64,000 nucleotides of DNA from the human T2T-CHM13v2.0 reference genome, Homo sapiens. Made by a program: the position numbers and the translations under genes. A model generated the notes under the pieces. The model saw only the letters and a program-made list of their open reading frames with translations. It made no database searches and had not been told where the DNA came from. The stretch is taken from NCBI RefSeq assembly GCF_009914755.1, contig NC_060928.1, one strand, 5' to 3'. Shown here piece by piece: positions 40,478 through 55,122 of the stretch (positions within the stretch are counted from its first letter, which is position 1; every line of letters begins with the position of its first letter).

Positions 40478-41836
40478 TTTAGAAAATATTTTAAATTCTA
40501 TTGATGGTATATTTGAATCATATTCATATATAAAGGACATACTATAGTGAACCCTCACATTTAATGAGTTACACATTATAATTACAATTTCTAATCAACA
40601 GTTCTTTAGCAGGCCTGGTGACTGGAAGTGGTATGAATCTCCCTTACTCACGCCAAGTGCTAACACTTGGGCAAGGTTTTGCTTTTTGCAAATCTGCATG
40701 TAGATTTTCCTGATAGCAGAACTCAGAGAAATCAACAAATTGCCAGGAACTGGGGACTATAAGTGGGCTATGTTGTGAAGAAACAGGCTACTTGGAACTT
40801 CTGAGAGCTCAGAAATTTGATTTGGCATTCTTCAAATGCCTTAGAAACTTCAAATCCTCTGGATTGAGAGTGGAACATTTGTCATACAAACAATGAAGAA
40901 TCCACTGGTGAGGATCTATGAACTTGGCTGCCCTAGAGGTAAAAGTATAAAGGAAGCAGTGGAGCCATTGCCTTCATGATTCACAGCTCCTGGGCTTTGA
41001 TCTCAGTATGGTATCAAAACACTCCTAAAGTCCACCTCACTCATTTATTAATGTAAATGCTTGAATCACACTCTGTGTACCTTTTCAAAAAATAGATTAT
41101 TTTCTCTAAATTTTTATTGACAAACTATTATTTATTATTTCCATTTTCCTGTTTTCTAGTTTGGCTGGCTTCCCTCTTGATCCTTACTACATATAATTCA
41201 CACTGTTTTTGTTTACTTATTAGGTTTTGTTTTCCTCTTGATCCTTTTTACAGATATTCCATGGTTTTCCAATGCTATGTTCCTAATTCACAGATTTGTG
41301 GTCTTCTATGTTTAAAGAATTTATGGAATCCTAGAGTTGAGATGACTTTTGCTGTCATCTAATGCCGCTCACTTATCTTATAAAATAGAAAACTGAGCCT
41401 CTGAAAATGAGCGGATTTATATAACTTATATAGTTTCTCAGTGAAAGACTGAAGGGTATGTTTTCTGAATTCCTCCTTTTATGCAGGTAGCAGCCAATGC
41501 ACTGCATAATTTAAGGGATTGTTGAGATTGAACACCAGGGTCCTGTTTGGGGATATGCTACCAAAGTTTTGAAAAAGCATTATCTGGAAAGGCCATTTGA
41601 TTTAGGGGAATTGAAGGGATATGAGGGTTGAAGGAACAGATTATTTTGAGAATTAATTAAGGATGAAAGAGGCTGGAACTTGCATGTAGTGGGGTGGGGG
41701 TGGGGAGGGCAATACAAACGTTATCAGAAATAAAATAATCATTTCAGATGGTGATATGTATTTTGAAATAAATTTATAATTTAATGGGATAGGAAGCAAC
41801 TGGGGAGAAGAGAGCTAACTTAAGAAAAGATTATCA

Positions 41837-42146
<310 letters not shown>

Positions 42147-43039
42147 CTATCGATAAATCTTCAGGAAACACATTTTAGGCAGAGAGAAGAGCACAGTTTT
42201 ATCTGACATAAGGATTATGGTAACCCCATCATTAATAACCACAAAAGCACAATGTTGAAATAAATAGATAAGCATTTCATTTGACATCAAACATCTTTGT
42301 AACAACTGAAAAAGTATACAAAAGTGAAGTAAAGGAGGTAAATGATAAGCCAAACACAACATTGAAACCAAAAGTAACAATAAATATTTTCTTGATGTAT
42401 TCAGGCTATACATTTAATTTCATCCATATTGAAGTTGAAAATGCAAACAAAAAAGGGATCCTCGGGTTCTATAAGAATAGAAAGAAATAGGAACCCTGCT
42501 TGAGCAGGACAAGAGAAAGATAAACTTTTTATCTGTATCTTTTCTCCGAAGGAAAATAAAATTCCAGAGCATGAAGATGTTTGCAGATGAGATTGCTGAT
42601 GCTATATGGAATCTCAAAGGGGTGATAAAGAATTTTACAAAGCTGCTAAGAGACTAATGTTGAGAATATTTTCAAGTTTATTAACAGGTAGATTCTGTGA
42701 ATTTTAAAGGAGCGTAACACCAAATCCATACAATTCCAGAATAGTTAAGATTATATCTGTGAACAGGTAGAGCAGGAAGCTGTGGTCAGTAGGAGCCAGA
42801 ATTAGGGTCATAAAGGAAAAGCCATGCTACATTGATATCATATTATAATCTTATTACCAACTATGCTAGAATATTAAGGGATACTATAGTGTTCTCAGCA
42901 AGATATCTGATGAATTCTAATGTTATTCTTATAAGCAAGGATTTCAAAATTTTGAAATGGATATCCATTTAAGTAATTTATAGCTGATTGAAAAAGCAAT
43001 TGTTGATTTTTTTCAGTAGTAATAAATCAAGACAAATAC

Positions 43040-43570
43040 CTGTAGTGCACTGTTGCAAGGTTTTCAGTCCTGTCCTTCTGGGAGTGTATAATGATATATT
43101 GTTCAATTCTCTGGATGATTAACCAGCAGAGACATGGATCATCAAAGTAGAATTATGGACTAAAACTAGTAAGATGATCTTTAACTAGAAAAAAGGTAAA
43201 GTACTTTGTATTTATTCCAGTGAACCAATTTAGTAAACATGGATGGGGGACATAGAACTTAGTTGTAGTACTCAGATGACTGTAGATGTGTTCTGAGTCA
43301 AGACTGTTTTGCAGCTATCTCTAATGTATGTGTCATCTGAAACTGCAATAGTAACAGAATGATTGGCACTGTCACGGGGGGGAAGCCCTACTCTGCAGTC
43401 TCGGTTTAGGCCAATTTTAATACATGGAAAGACGTCTAGGGGAAGGGAAATAGGCAAAGGAGGGAACTCTAAGTCTTTTCATATGAGAAAACGAATGAAA
43501 TTACTGGGTGTGTTTAACTTGCAGAGATAATTTAAGGATACCACAATTACAATTTATAAATATTTGGAAA
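43040..43570 (+). mobile_element. Possible CR1/L3 LINE remnant
   Basis: Weak CR1-like wording (ttcagtcctgtcct, aaagtactttgtattta, ccctactctgcagtctcggtttaggcca, gggtgtgtttaacttgcagag). Confidence 0.4.
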
Positions 43571-44456
43571 TCATCACATAGATTTTAAAATGACCAATGG
43601 TTGTATGAAAAGTTTGTGAGCTATTAAATCATATCGTTTTCTCTGTCCACTTCACAGTTGTGTGACCTTGGGAAAGTCACTTCACTTCTCGAAGCATAAT
43701 TTGACCATATGACTGACTGTAGTCAATATGCTTAGAATACCTGATGATCAGTAAAAATTCAACCTAGAAAGATGTGGACAGACTAGAAGAGAATGGCCAT
43801 TGGTGTTGCATAGGATGGAATACTTAATGTTTAAGTGGAGATTTATTTTATAAGTAGCGAGTTCATTACTGTATAGTTTTGTCTTGGGAGGACTTCTGTT
43901 TTCTAGCTAACACTGTAACTGCAGAGGTTTAAGCAACAAATACTCAGCAAACAAGAACCATCTGTATTTCTCACTAGGCAAACAAAAAACATAATATTAT
44001 TTTGAACAGTATCCAAACTTTTAAATTATGAAAGAGCTTGGATAAGAGTAGAGACTATTATAAAATAATTGCAAAAAATCATCACCAAATCTTATCTTTT
44101 GCCTTAGCTAATTTAGCATAAATTCCAGAGTAAGCGGTCTGAGTAATGTCAAACCTGGTTTTTAAATGAATCTGAGAAATTAAATCATAAAATCCTCTCA
44201 TCTCTCTTTAGAAATTTCTATCCCAAAACCCCATTAAAGTGTATTCTATCTTTATATATTTCTATCCAACAATACTACTAAAGTATATATCAAGTTTCTT
44301 AAAGCTTTTGTTAATTTTTTTTTTCAAGTTGGCCCTTAACAATTACCCTGTAATTTTCGAGATTTAGGCTGTTCTTTTTGGCAGACAATACTTCTTCACT
44401 GAGTCATTTTCTTATATTGTCTTTTCAAATCTAAATAATATTTTAACTTTTACTCT

Positions 44457-44510
44457 TTTTTTTTTTTTTTGAGATGGAGTTTCGCTCTTGTTGCCCGGGC
44501 TGCAGTGCAA
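44457..44510 (-). mobile_element. Very short Alu 3' fragment (AluSq/Sp-like)
   Basis: Poly-T followed by gagatggagtttcgctcttgttgcccgggctgcagtgcaa, then unique sequence. Confidence 0.85.
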
Positions 44511-46449
44511 TACATTCCTCTTTAGATATGAACTACAGAATTAGACCCTTTATGGAAGTAGTAATAGTTTATGCACCATGTGTCATCAATGCCTGTTAAC
44601 TATTATTCTGATTCTAAGAAATTATTATCCAATGTTTTTCCATGATTAAAAAAATCCTTCCTGGCTTTTTTTTTTCAACTAGCAAATTAAAAAAAAAAAC
44701 AGTTAGGAATTTTCCTTTTAATGTAAATAAAAAACTGAAAATTCAGTTTTGAGTTTTTTTCCTGCCTCTAGCCCTGTACATCAACTTCCATCAAGCATTC
44801 CTTAGGGGCATAGTCTAGATCTTAATATAGGTAGTTGTACCTCTTTCTCTTCTATATCATTCTATATTAGTTATTTCTTTTGCGTCAAATAAAATAATTA
44901 TAATTGCATTTATGTAAAAATGTATTTATAAATTGTGATATAAATGAAAACGTATCCGTTGAAAATTACCTCATGTTGCTAGCGCTTCAAACAGCTTTAA
45001 AAAATTCAGGTAATGGCATCTGATAAGTAATCAGTAAACTAATGCAATCTAATCCTGAGAAGGAAGGCCAGTGATCACTTTAGTAGTTTGTCTTCACTAG
45101 GAACTTTCCTCAGTTTCATTTATTACAATCAAGAACTGCACATAAAAATTGGGGCTCAAATTTAAAACAGTTAGTGAAAAACAAGTCTTCATTGCAGAAT
45201 TCTCTGTGTGGTATGTATGGTTTGATATTTTTATTGTTACTTTCTTAGGTTTCTCCTAATAAAATATGAATTTTGAGAATAAAGTGTGAATTTTGGATAT
45301 GCATATTGTCATGGGAACTGGCCTGTGTCTTCTTACCGACTTTGAGAGTGAAAAATGAGTATTAAAAAGAGAGAAAATAAATGAAAGCAACACGTTTTCT
45401 TCATACCTAAAAGCAAACATTTATAGTATTTATCCCAGAATGAAGTTGAATTAAGTATGTTCTAGATCAGAGGAATAAACAGTATGTTGAACTTCTGGCT
45501 TTTATACAAGCAGTTACATGAAACTCTGTTGAGATTTGAGGAATAAGCACATTCCCAGAGAGGCCTTTATAATTTGATAAGGGAAACATCCGAACTTGGA
45601 ACATATAAACGGGGCCACATTTTTTCCTTTGACTTCAGTGGAATTCTCAGTGATGAGTTAGCATTCTAAATTACTGTAACAGTAAAGATTCAACTTTAGT
45701 GCAGTTATTTTATTTTGATTTTTAAATGGCAGCAGAGTGAAACACTATGATAAATACCACTTGTGTTGCAGCTAATACATTTTTATACCTAAATATTGAA
45801 GAAAACATAATGTTGATTTTCTTTTTTTTTTTTTTACCTTTAATGAGTCTACCCTCCATGAATAAACTAGATTAATCATATTTTCCAAATAGCCTCTAGG
45901 AAACATATTGTTAAAATATCACAAAGAGTTCCTTATTGTCTTTCTCTGTTTCACTTCTTCCAGTTTTTCTAAAACTTGATGATGCTGTCTTTCTCTGGCT
46001 CTCTTTTGGTGGTCGTTTTCTATGCTATCTCCAGAAATTTCATTGATTTTCATGTCTGCATGCTTATCCATGTCTCAATAAGCAGTACTTCTAAGGTTGT
46101 GTCTCTATATTTGTACAAACATTCCTAATTCAAGCTCTATCCTAAAATTTCCCATAACTCAAAGTAAATTTTTAGTTGAACAAAAATTTTCACAAAAAAC
46201 ACAGCACAGTTAAGCAGACATCAGCTCTGATCTACTTTTTCCATGAATCACCTTCTTTTTTCAGATTAATGTAAACAAAGCTAAATATCCAGTTCTCCCG
46301 ATTGAGAGGAAACTTGAGGAAATCATCTTTATGCATAATTCTTCTTTTTATATAGCAAATATTTGAACAGGTTTTCAAAATGTTTGTTGTTGTTCCTATC
46401 ATTATTGTCTCCGCTCTTGGAAATTCTCATTAATTTATAACAAAGTTAG

Positions 46450-47860
<1,411 letters not shown>

Positions 47861-48696
47861 TTTGATATTATCCTTAACTCATACTTTTTTTTTCTCATCA
47901 ATTTCTAATGCAAGTCTTCTCTTACCCTGGATTTTCCTTGCATAAGCCTCTTCCCCAATAATTTCTTTTCCTCTAACTAGGAATTTTGTATCATCCATGG
48001 TTTCAATTATAAGTCATAAATGTACACTTTTGAGGGCATAGGATCATTGATAGTTTAGACAAAGTAGTCTTTTCTAAGTTAGTTATTCATTGTTAATTTT
48101 GTTCTTCTCTTATTCACTTTCTCCTTTGTTTTAACAGTATACCATTAAGATTTGCTTATCATCTTTAATTGAATTATTATATTGGCATAAATATAATTTT
48201 TATCATTATATTTCAGGTAGCCTCTGAAATTCTTGAAACAGAGACTTTTTTGCTTTATTTATTGTTATACCACCCAACATAATATGTGGAATATATTAGG
48301 TATTTGATAAATATTTTTCAATTGATGCCTAAATGAAAGAATATTTCTCAGGCCACTTGGAACAGTTTTGACCATTGACATATATTTATTGAACTTTTAC
48401 TGAATTTAAGGAAGTTGTACCATTGCAAGCCATTAAAGTGTTTGCTTTTAAATTATGTTTCCTTTTTGCCTGCTTCCCATGTCTTAATATTATTGAACAT
48501 TTTCTTTTCTTCCTTTCTGCAGTCAGATTTCATTCAAAAGTGGACCCTGGGATTCTGACAGCTCTTGCTTTCCAGTAGGTTAAACTCTTTTTGCCTACTT
48601 TCCAGTGGGTTCCACCGATTTACAATCTTTTATCTTGTCATTTTAAACCACTATTTAAGGAGAAAAGAAAAAAATAGATACAAATTGTTCTTAAAA

Positions 48697-48868
48697 CATG
48701 CATATATACACACATATATATGTAGATTTGTATGTATGAGTATATATATACACACACATATATGCATATATATACACACATATGTATATATACACAGAAA
48801 TGTAGGCGTTTCTTAATATATGTATATATTATATAGTATATTACATGTGTGTGTGTGTATGTATATGT
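48697..48868. repeat. Compound (TA/CA/TG)n microsatellite
   Basis: Alternating purine-pyrimidine runs. Confidence 0.85.
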
Positions 48869-50439
48869 AATTGTCCTAAAAAAGTTTTAAGAAAAAAACG
48901 CCTTGAAGAACTTGACTTCAGAAGCTTCTACTTTGACTGACATTAGCATCTGCCACAGAGGTTTAATAAACAAAGTCTCTATGGTTAGCTAAATTAAAAT
49001 TAATTCCTAATAAGAGAGCAGGAAGTGCTTAATGACTGAAATATTAAAGAACCCCTTGAACAATCCACTCATATTTCTTATAGAGGAATTAAGAAACAAA
49101 GGGGAAAGAAAAGAGGCTCTCTTTTCTCATGTTGAGAAATGTTCTGAGAAAGGCAGACACATGGGAGGTCTTACTATGTCAGCTTTTGTGTCCTGCAAAA
49201 TAGCCCCAGTAAGCTTTCCTTATTCAAAACATAAGCCCAGTGATCTAACCAACCCTCAGGCACTGTACTTTTTCTCATCTTTCTTTAATAACTAACATTC
49301 TTGGAATAAACGATTTCACTTGCTGCTCCCACTTCCTCATCACTCACCTAAAAACAAAAAACCTTTTTAGATTCCAGCTTTGACCATCATTATTCTAATC
49401 ACATTTGTCTTCGTTAACAATAACAATTGCTTTTTTCAAGTACCTTACAAAACTTTCTTTGCAGCATTTGATTTTGTTACACAGAACTCCTTCACAGTCC
49501 TTTCTCTTTCGAGGTTGAATCGTGTTGATTTTAATTTGCCATCTTTGCCTTTGTCTGGAATTTTTTCCAACAACTTCTAAATGTAGGCATTTCTTAAGCG
49601 TCTGTTCTTGTTTGTGTTTTATTTCCTCTCTACATTCGCCTCTTCAGCTATTTCATCTGATTCTTGAACCACTCTGTATATGGCTTTTAATAGTTGATCT
49701 TCACTTTTCACTCCCTCTTTGGCTTTAGACCTAAATTTCCCAGACCTCAAACATATTAAGATGGATTTTATCAATTGTCCCATCAACATTTGCTTCTCAT
49801 CCCCTGTTCCCTTTCTTCATCAATGCTTCTAATCTGATCCGTTTATCTAAGCTATTTCTCTCTGACACACAGGCATTCAGTGACTTCACAACCACTGCGA
49901 ATCAGCCTCTCCTGTTTCTACCTTCCACATAATTGCTCTTTGTCCTACTTTCTGTTCTTTTTCTGGAAAATTATGAAAACTTCTTAAACAATCTTGGTTC
50001 ATTTAACTAAAATAATCTTTAAGAGGTACAGCAAGGACCAAACAATTTTCTTGCCCCTTATATGTTGAACCATTTTAGGGTGCCACTTAGAGGGTCCCGC
50101 ACATTTTAAACTCTTTGCCCTAAATGTACTTAATTTTTCAACCAAGATATACAATCAGCCTGTCCTCAAATTGCCCTTCTTCAATTTCAAAATCAGGTCT
50201 GCTGCTTCTCCCCATGTAGATTGATTGCTAAGTAGCCCCCCAAATTTTAATTTATTTTATTTCCTCTCATTTACGTTAGTACTTTATCCATATGTATGCT
50301 AATTATTTAAGAACTACTTATAAAAGTAATCAATTTAAATTTTCCAAGGAGGAGTTATCAGAGAAATTGATATTTCCACTTCTTAAGAAAAACCAAACAG
50401 GAGAGGGAGGGGTATAGTCACGTTGCCCCACAAAGTTGG

Positions 50440-50473
50440 TCTGCCATCTAGTGACAGCTCCATCACACTACAA
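50440..50473 (-). promoter_or_regulatory. Candidate CTCF site
   Basis: Minus strand TGTCACTAGATGGCAG resembles the CTCF core CCASYAGRKGGCRS; an upstream TGTAGT resembles the U-motif. Confidence 0.55.
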
Positions 50474-51342
50474 GCCTTGTCTTTGACACCTGGAGTCTGA
50501 GGCTCGGCCTTCAAATTTTCCTCAAGGAATGTGTCAAACAGTCCTTTTATTCCCCCTCGGATAACATACTGTCATAAGGTAAAATATTGCATATTGCTTA
50601 ATTTTTATATGAGATTAAACACTGTAAACAATTAATTTAGGACTAATTATATAGATCAGAGAAAGGGTAGGATGTGAAATGTTCATCTGTGTTAACGTTG
50701 ATCAGTGAGGCATATGGGTCTACTTTGAAAGAAGAAATGTAGAGGAATACCTGAAAGCTTGAATAAATCTGTGAGAAAGTGTGAGACATTTTTTCTTCTG
50801 AGCTAACATACATAACATACCCAGCAGAGTGATATTAAAATAATAAACATTGCTTATCTGAAGCAGCATAGGTTTGGAGGCAGTTTGTCACTGTCACCTT
50901 TGTGAGTTGGAGCCGAATACTCAACCATTCAACATGACCACTTTCACATTTGAAAACGTAGGGATAACAATATCTTTGTTGTCAGTATAAGAAAAAATAT
51001 ATATAGACACTTCGTTGAGAAGAGGCTCCCAATAAATAAGTGATAGTTTGTTTTTAATGATTACCATCCTTTTCACTTCTGATGATGTGTATGGAAACAC
51101 ATATCTAAATATCAAGCTTTGAAAATCTGTTATTTTTAGATCCTCAATTTGTTTCTTTCTCATAGTGTGGAGTGCATGTGTTGATAGGTATCATTATTTT
51201 CAGTACCTGGTGAAAGGTTACATGCCTATTCAGTAAATATGTGACCAAAATGATTACAAAATAAATTATCCATATTAGGCATTAAAAGCTTGTATCTACT
51301 ATAATGTAAAAGTATTTTAAAAAGTAAGTGGTTCATACTTAC

Positions 51343-51425
51343 AGCTTTCCAGTTGCATTATACATGTTTGTACATCCATGGGAAAATTCTTGAGATCCAT
51401 TGGACAGGAAAGTGTTAATGTTAAT
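51343..51425 (-). CDS. GLRA3: Glycine receptor alpha-3 coding exon (83 nt, Cys-loop; probably exon 5)
   Basis: Minus strand reads ...gactttcag|A TTA ACA TTA ACA CTT TCC TGT CCA ATG GAT CTC AAG AAT TTT CCC ATG GAT GTA CAA ACA TGT ATA ATG CAA CTG GAA AGC T|gtaagt = (R)[27 protein letters not shown](F), containing the C-x13-C Cys-loop signature. Exon number is from knowledge of GlyR gene structure. Confidence 0.96.
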
Positions 51426-51633
51426 CTGAAAGTCAAAGTAATTATTTTTAAAGGAAATTTATGACATTATATTAATATTCTATTGTACAGGAGAAACAAT
51501 GTTGCTTTGCTGGTGACTAACTCAGATTTAAGTAAAAATTTCTCCAGCTTATGTATCCTACTTACTATAAAATAGCTATGCCCTTATATACAAATCTGGC
51601 TTTGGTGGGCTGGGGGTTGGATAATTGCATATC

Positions 51634-51712
51634 TTAGGCTGGTGCTAAAGTAATCGTGGGTTTTGCCATTAAAAGTGCTGGCAAAACAGCAATTACTTTT
51701 GCACTAACCTAA
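51634..51712. mobile_element. MADE1 (Hsmar1-derived MITE)
   Basis: 79-bp imperfect palindrome ttaggctggtgctaaagtaat...attacttttgcactaacctaa. Confidence 0.92.
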
Positions 51713-52479
51713 ATATAAGCATCCCGTCATATTTATATATCTATGTGTTTATTTATTCAATTAGAAAGGGCTGTGGATGTCTAGAAAATGTCTGTATTCC
51801 AAGACGACATCCTCAAAAGAGAAATTCAAGAGTGGATCCTATAAAATTAATGCCAAACGTCAAAAGGTATCTTTCCTTGCAAATCACATGCTATATTCCA
51901 GAGGCATTAGAGTTCTAAACGTGGAAAAGCAGGGTGGAGAGGAGCAATCATATGTAACGTTCAGTCATCATTCTAACGACCCTGATGTTGTCAGTGAACA
52001 TTCAGCAGTGTATTTAGTAAAGTGAATCTGGAGGACTTGAAAAGTTCGGCCTCATGTTCCCCGGTGTGGGATAAGGGAATCATCAGGGTCAGGAAATAGC
52101 CCTCTAGAATATTCATGATCTGATTCTATGCTCATCAAACAAACTTCTGATTTGGCTTCACACAAAGGATAACCTAGATGCTGTATACCAGTATTCCGCT
52201 CATTGGAAAGGCTCTCCTCCAACTTCCAGAGAGAATTAGTATGTTGACATTCCAGAAAATTCATCACCTTTGAATACTTTTTGCTGGAAAAGCATTCTAC
52301 CCAGATCTCTTCAGGGTAGTTTTTCTGGTTCCTACACCTGAGGAAGAGATGGTGAGATCCACTCAAGTTTATTCAAATGAAGTTCTTTTCTGAGAACTCT
52401 TTAGCAAGCCTCTTGTACTGAGAATATTCCCATTGAAATTCAGTGTCTTCATGAGCACCCTAGGTGGATTAGTTTACTT

Positions 52480-52670
52480 AAACTTCGTGACCCTAGGCAG
52501 ATTACTTCAAATCCCCTATATTGCAGTTTTCTCATCTTTAAAATGAAGATAACAATAGTACCTACTCCAGAGAGTTGCTATGAGCAGTACATGAGTTAAC
52601 ACACATAAGTGCTTAGACAAGTGCTTAAGCCATAGCAAACACTCAACAAACAGCGGTTGTTAGTGATTAT
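52480..52670 (+). mobile_element. MIR SINE
   Basis: gtgaccctaggcagattactt...cagttttctcatctttaaaatg...aatagtacctact. Confidence 0.75.
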
Positions 52671-52774
52671 TAGTATATTCAGCCACTCCTAGACTCCTTC
52701 ATTTACTCATCTGCCAAATTCTATAGTGTGGGCACAAAGATGACTAAATTAAATTACATATTAAGAACTATTTA

Positions 52775-53259
52775 GCCAGGCGTGGTGTCTTACGCCTGTA
52801 ATTCCAGCGCTTTGGGAGGCTAAGAAGAGAGGTTCGCTTGAGCCCAGTAGTTTGTGATCATCCTGGGCAACATAAAAATACTCTATCTCTACAAATATAT
52901 ATATATATATATTTTAAATTAGCCAGGTATGGCTTGTGCACCTGTAATCCTGGCTACTCAGGAAGCTGAGGTGAGAGTATGGCTTGAGCCCAGGAGGTCG
53001 AGACTGCAGTGAGCTAGGCTCACACTGCTGAACTATAGCCTGGGTGACAGAGCAAGATCTTGTCTCTTAAAAAAAAAAAAAGAAAGGAAGGCATGCAGGA
53101 AGGAAGGGAGGGAGGGAGGGAGAGAGAGAGAGAGAAAGAGAGAGAAAGAAAGAAAAAGAAAGAAGGAAAGAAAGAAGAAACAAAGAAACAAAGAAAGGAG
53201 GGAGGAAAGAAAGAAGGAAAGGAAGGAAGGAAGGAAAAAGAAAGAAGAAAGGAATAAAA
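52775..53259 (+). mobile_element. AluJ with (TA)n linker and ~190-bp purine-rich tail
   Basis: gcttgagcccagg-type AluJ; TSD aagaactattta at 52763-52774 and 53260-53271 encloses the GA-rich repeat. Confidence 0.9.
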
Positions 53260-54821
53260 AAGAACTATTTAAGCTTTAACAAAAAATAGTCTGCAGCTCT
53301 ACTAAATATAACCACATTCGTCAAGCTGACATTTTTATGTAGACCATAGACATAAAGTTAGAATGATGTATAGTCTACAGAGAGTATGCTTGGTGAGTTA
53401 GGTCCAATTAACATAATTTGGGACACATAAATGGAGAGACAGTGAAGCTGCTGAATTTTAAGAGTCTTAGGAGGATAATCTGGTAATTCATTCGAGTCAG
53501 AGTCCATAACACACTAGAATAATTCATGGAGTTCAACATTCAAAAGGAATTTTTCTCCTGGCTCAGCTAGGTTAAGTATGATTGTGTAATTTTACAAAGT
53601 TCTCTCTTAAAAAGGCAATTTTAAAATTAGGTAGACACAATGTTTTTTGCCTTGTGAAAGGGCTTATTAGAAGTGTATGCACACATATATTTTGAATGTA
53701 CACACATTAATTTTCCAAATATCCAAGGCTCTCAGACAGCCAGTTTCAAATGTTGACTTGCAGAATTAATTCTGTGACCTTTTGTTTGGAAGTAAATAGC
53801 ATTCTCAGAATCTTTTCCATGCTCTCACCATGCATGTGATGTCAAATTCATATCCTGGCTATTTTTCTGGCATAAAAAAAGAGACATTACATAATTCTAA
53901 AAAAATAGCACTTGAAAGGAATTATTTGGCAAAGAAAAACACAGTTTGTAGGACTTCTGTCATAAATCATATCCTGAAAAAATCTATTCATCGACTTTTC
54001 TTTCTTTTTGTTTAAGGTACAATACAATTGCTCCTTTCACAGCATACTGAAAAATACGTGTCAACTTGGTGGGTTTGATACTGAATTTCTTTGTCAAAAC
54101 ACTACATATAAATTAAAGACATGTCTTGACCACATCAAAAGAAAACTAAATCAAGAGGCAATTAATCACATTCTACTGTTTTGGAAATAAATGTTTACTT
54201 GTGTAAGAGAGACACTAAGTTCTCTTTCTGAGACAAGATACATAAACAGGATATGGCGTTTCTTCTTTTCCTTTAAGAAGTCTTGGGAAAGACTTTTAAC
54301 ATTAGTACTTAGTGAAACAGTAATGTTTAAAAAGCTGATAATAATTTGTGACAAACAATTGACCTCATTAAAATTCAATTATTGACCACTTTTGTACAAG
54401 CATTGTTTCATGTGTCTATCTCAACCACTAGTTGAATTAAAAAATGTTTGCTGACTCTATTATAGACTTTGTATATAAATGAGTATTTTTATTAGATCCT
54501 AATATTTCTCTATTTGGTGTCTTAAAAACAATGGCTTCAATTAGCAATTTAATCAGTTTTAATCTATATTATCTGTAATATCATATTAGCTAACACATCT
54601 ATTAGACAATGTTTACTGTGCAGTAGGCAGTATTTTAAACACTTTGTGTATGTTAACTCATTTACTCCGTACTACAAATTTACAAGAATAGGTAAATGAT
54701 ATCACCCTGTTTTAGAGATGAGGAAACTTAGAGGTTAAGTAACTCACCTGACATTACACAGCAAAAATTGCTACAGCTGAATTTGCAGCCCTGGGGTTCT
54801 AGTTCTAGATTTCGTGCTTTT

Positions 54822-55122
54822 TTTTTTTTTTTTTTTTTTTTTGAGACGGAGTCTCGCTGTCGCCCAGGCTGGAGTGCAGTGGCGCAATCTCGGCTCACTG
54901 CAGGCTCCGCCCCCTGGGGTTCACCCCATTCTCCTGCCTCAGCCTCCCGAGTAGCTGGGACTACAGGCGCCCGCCACCTCGCCCGGCTAATTTTTTGTAT
55001 TTTTAGTAGAGACGGGGTTTCACCGTGTTAGCCAGGATGGTCTCGATCTCCTGACCTCGTGATCCGCCCGCCTCGGCCTCCCAAAGTGCTGGGATTACAG
55101 GCGTGAGCCACCGCGCCCGGCC
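54822..55122 (-). mobile_element. Young AluY (AluYe-like) inserted in a MIR
   Basis: CpG-rich with a long pure T tail; variants gtctcgctgtcgcc, gcaggctccgccccctgggg and ccacctcgcc. Exact TSD tcgtgctttt (54812, 55123) at a TTTT/AA site. Confidence 0.92.

Noticed and set aside
53060-53257. Lys/Glu/Arg-rich ORF
   Set aside because: Translation of the purine microsatellite in an Alu tail.
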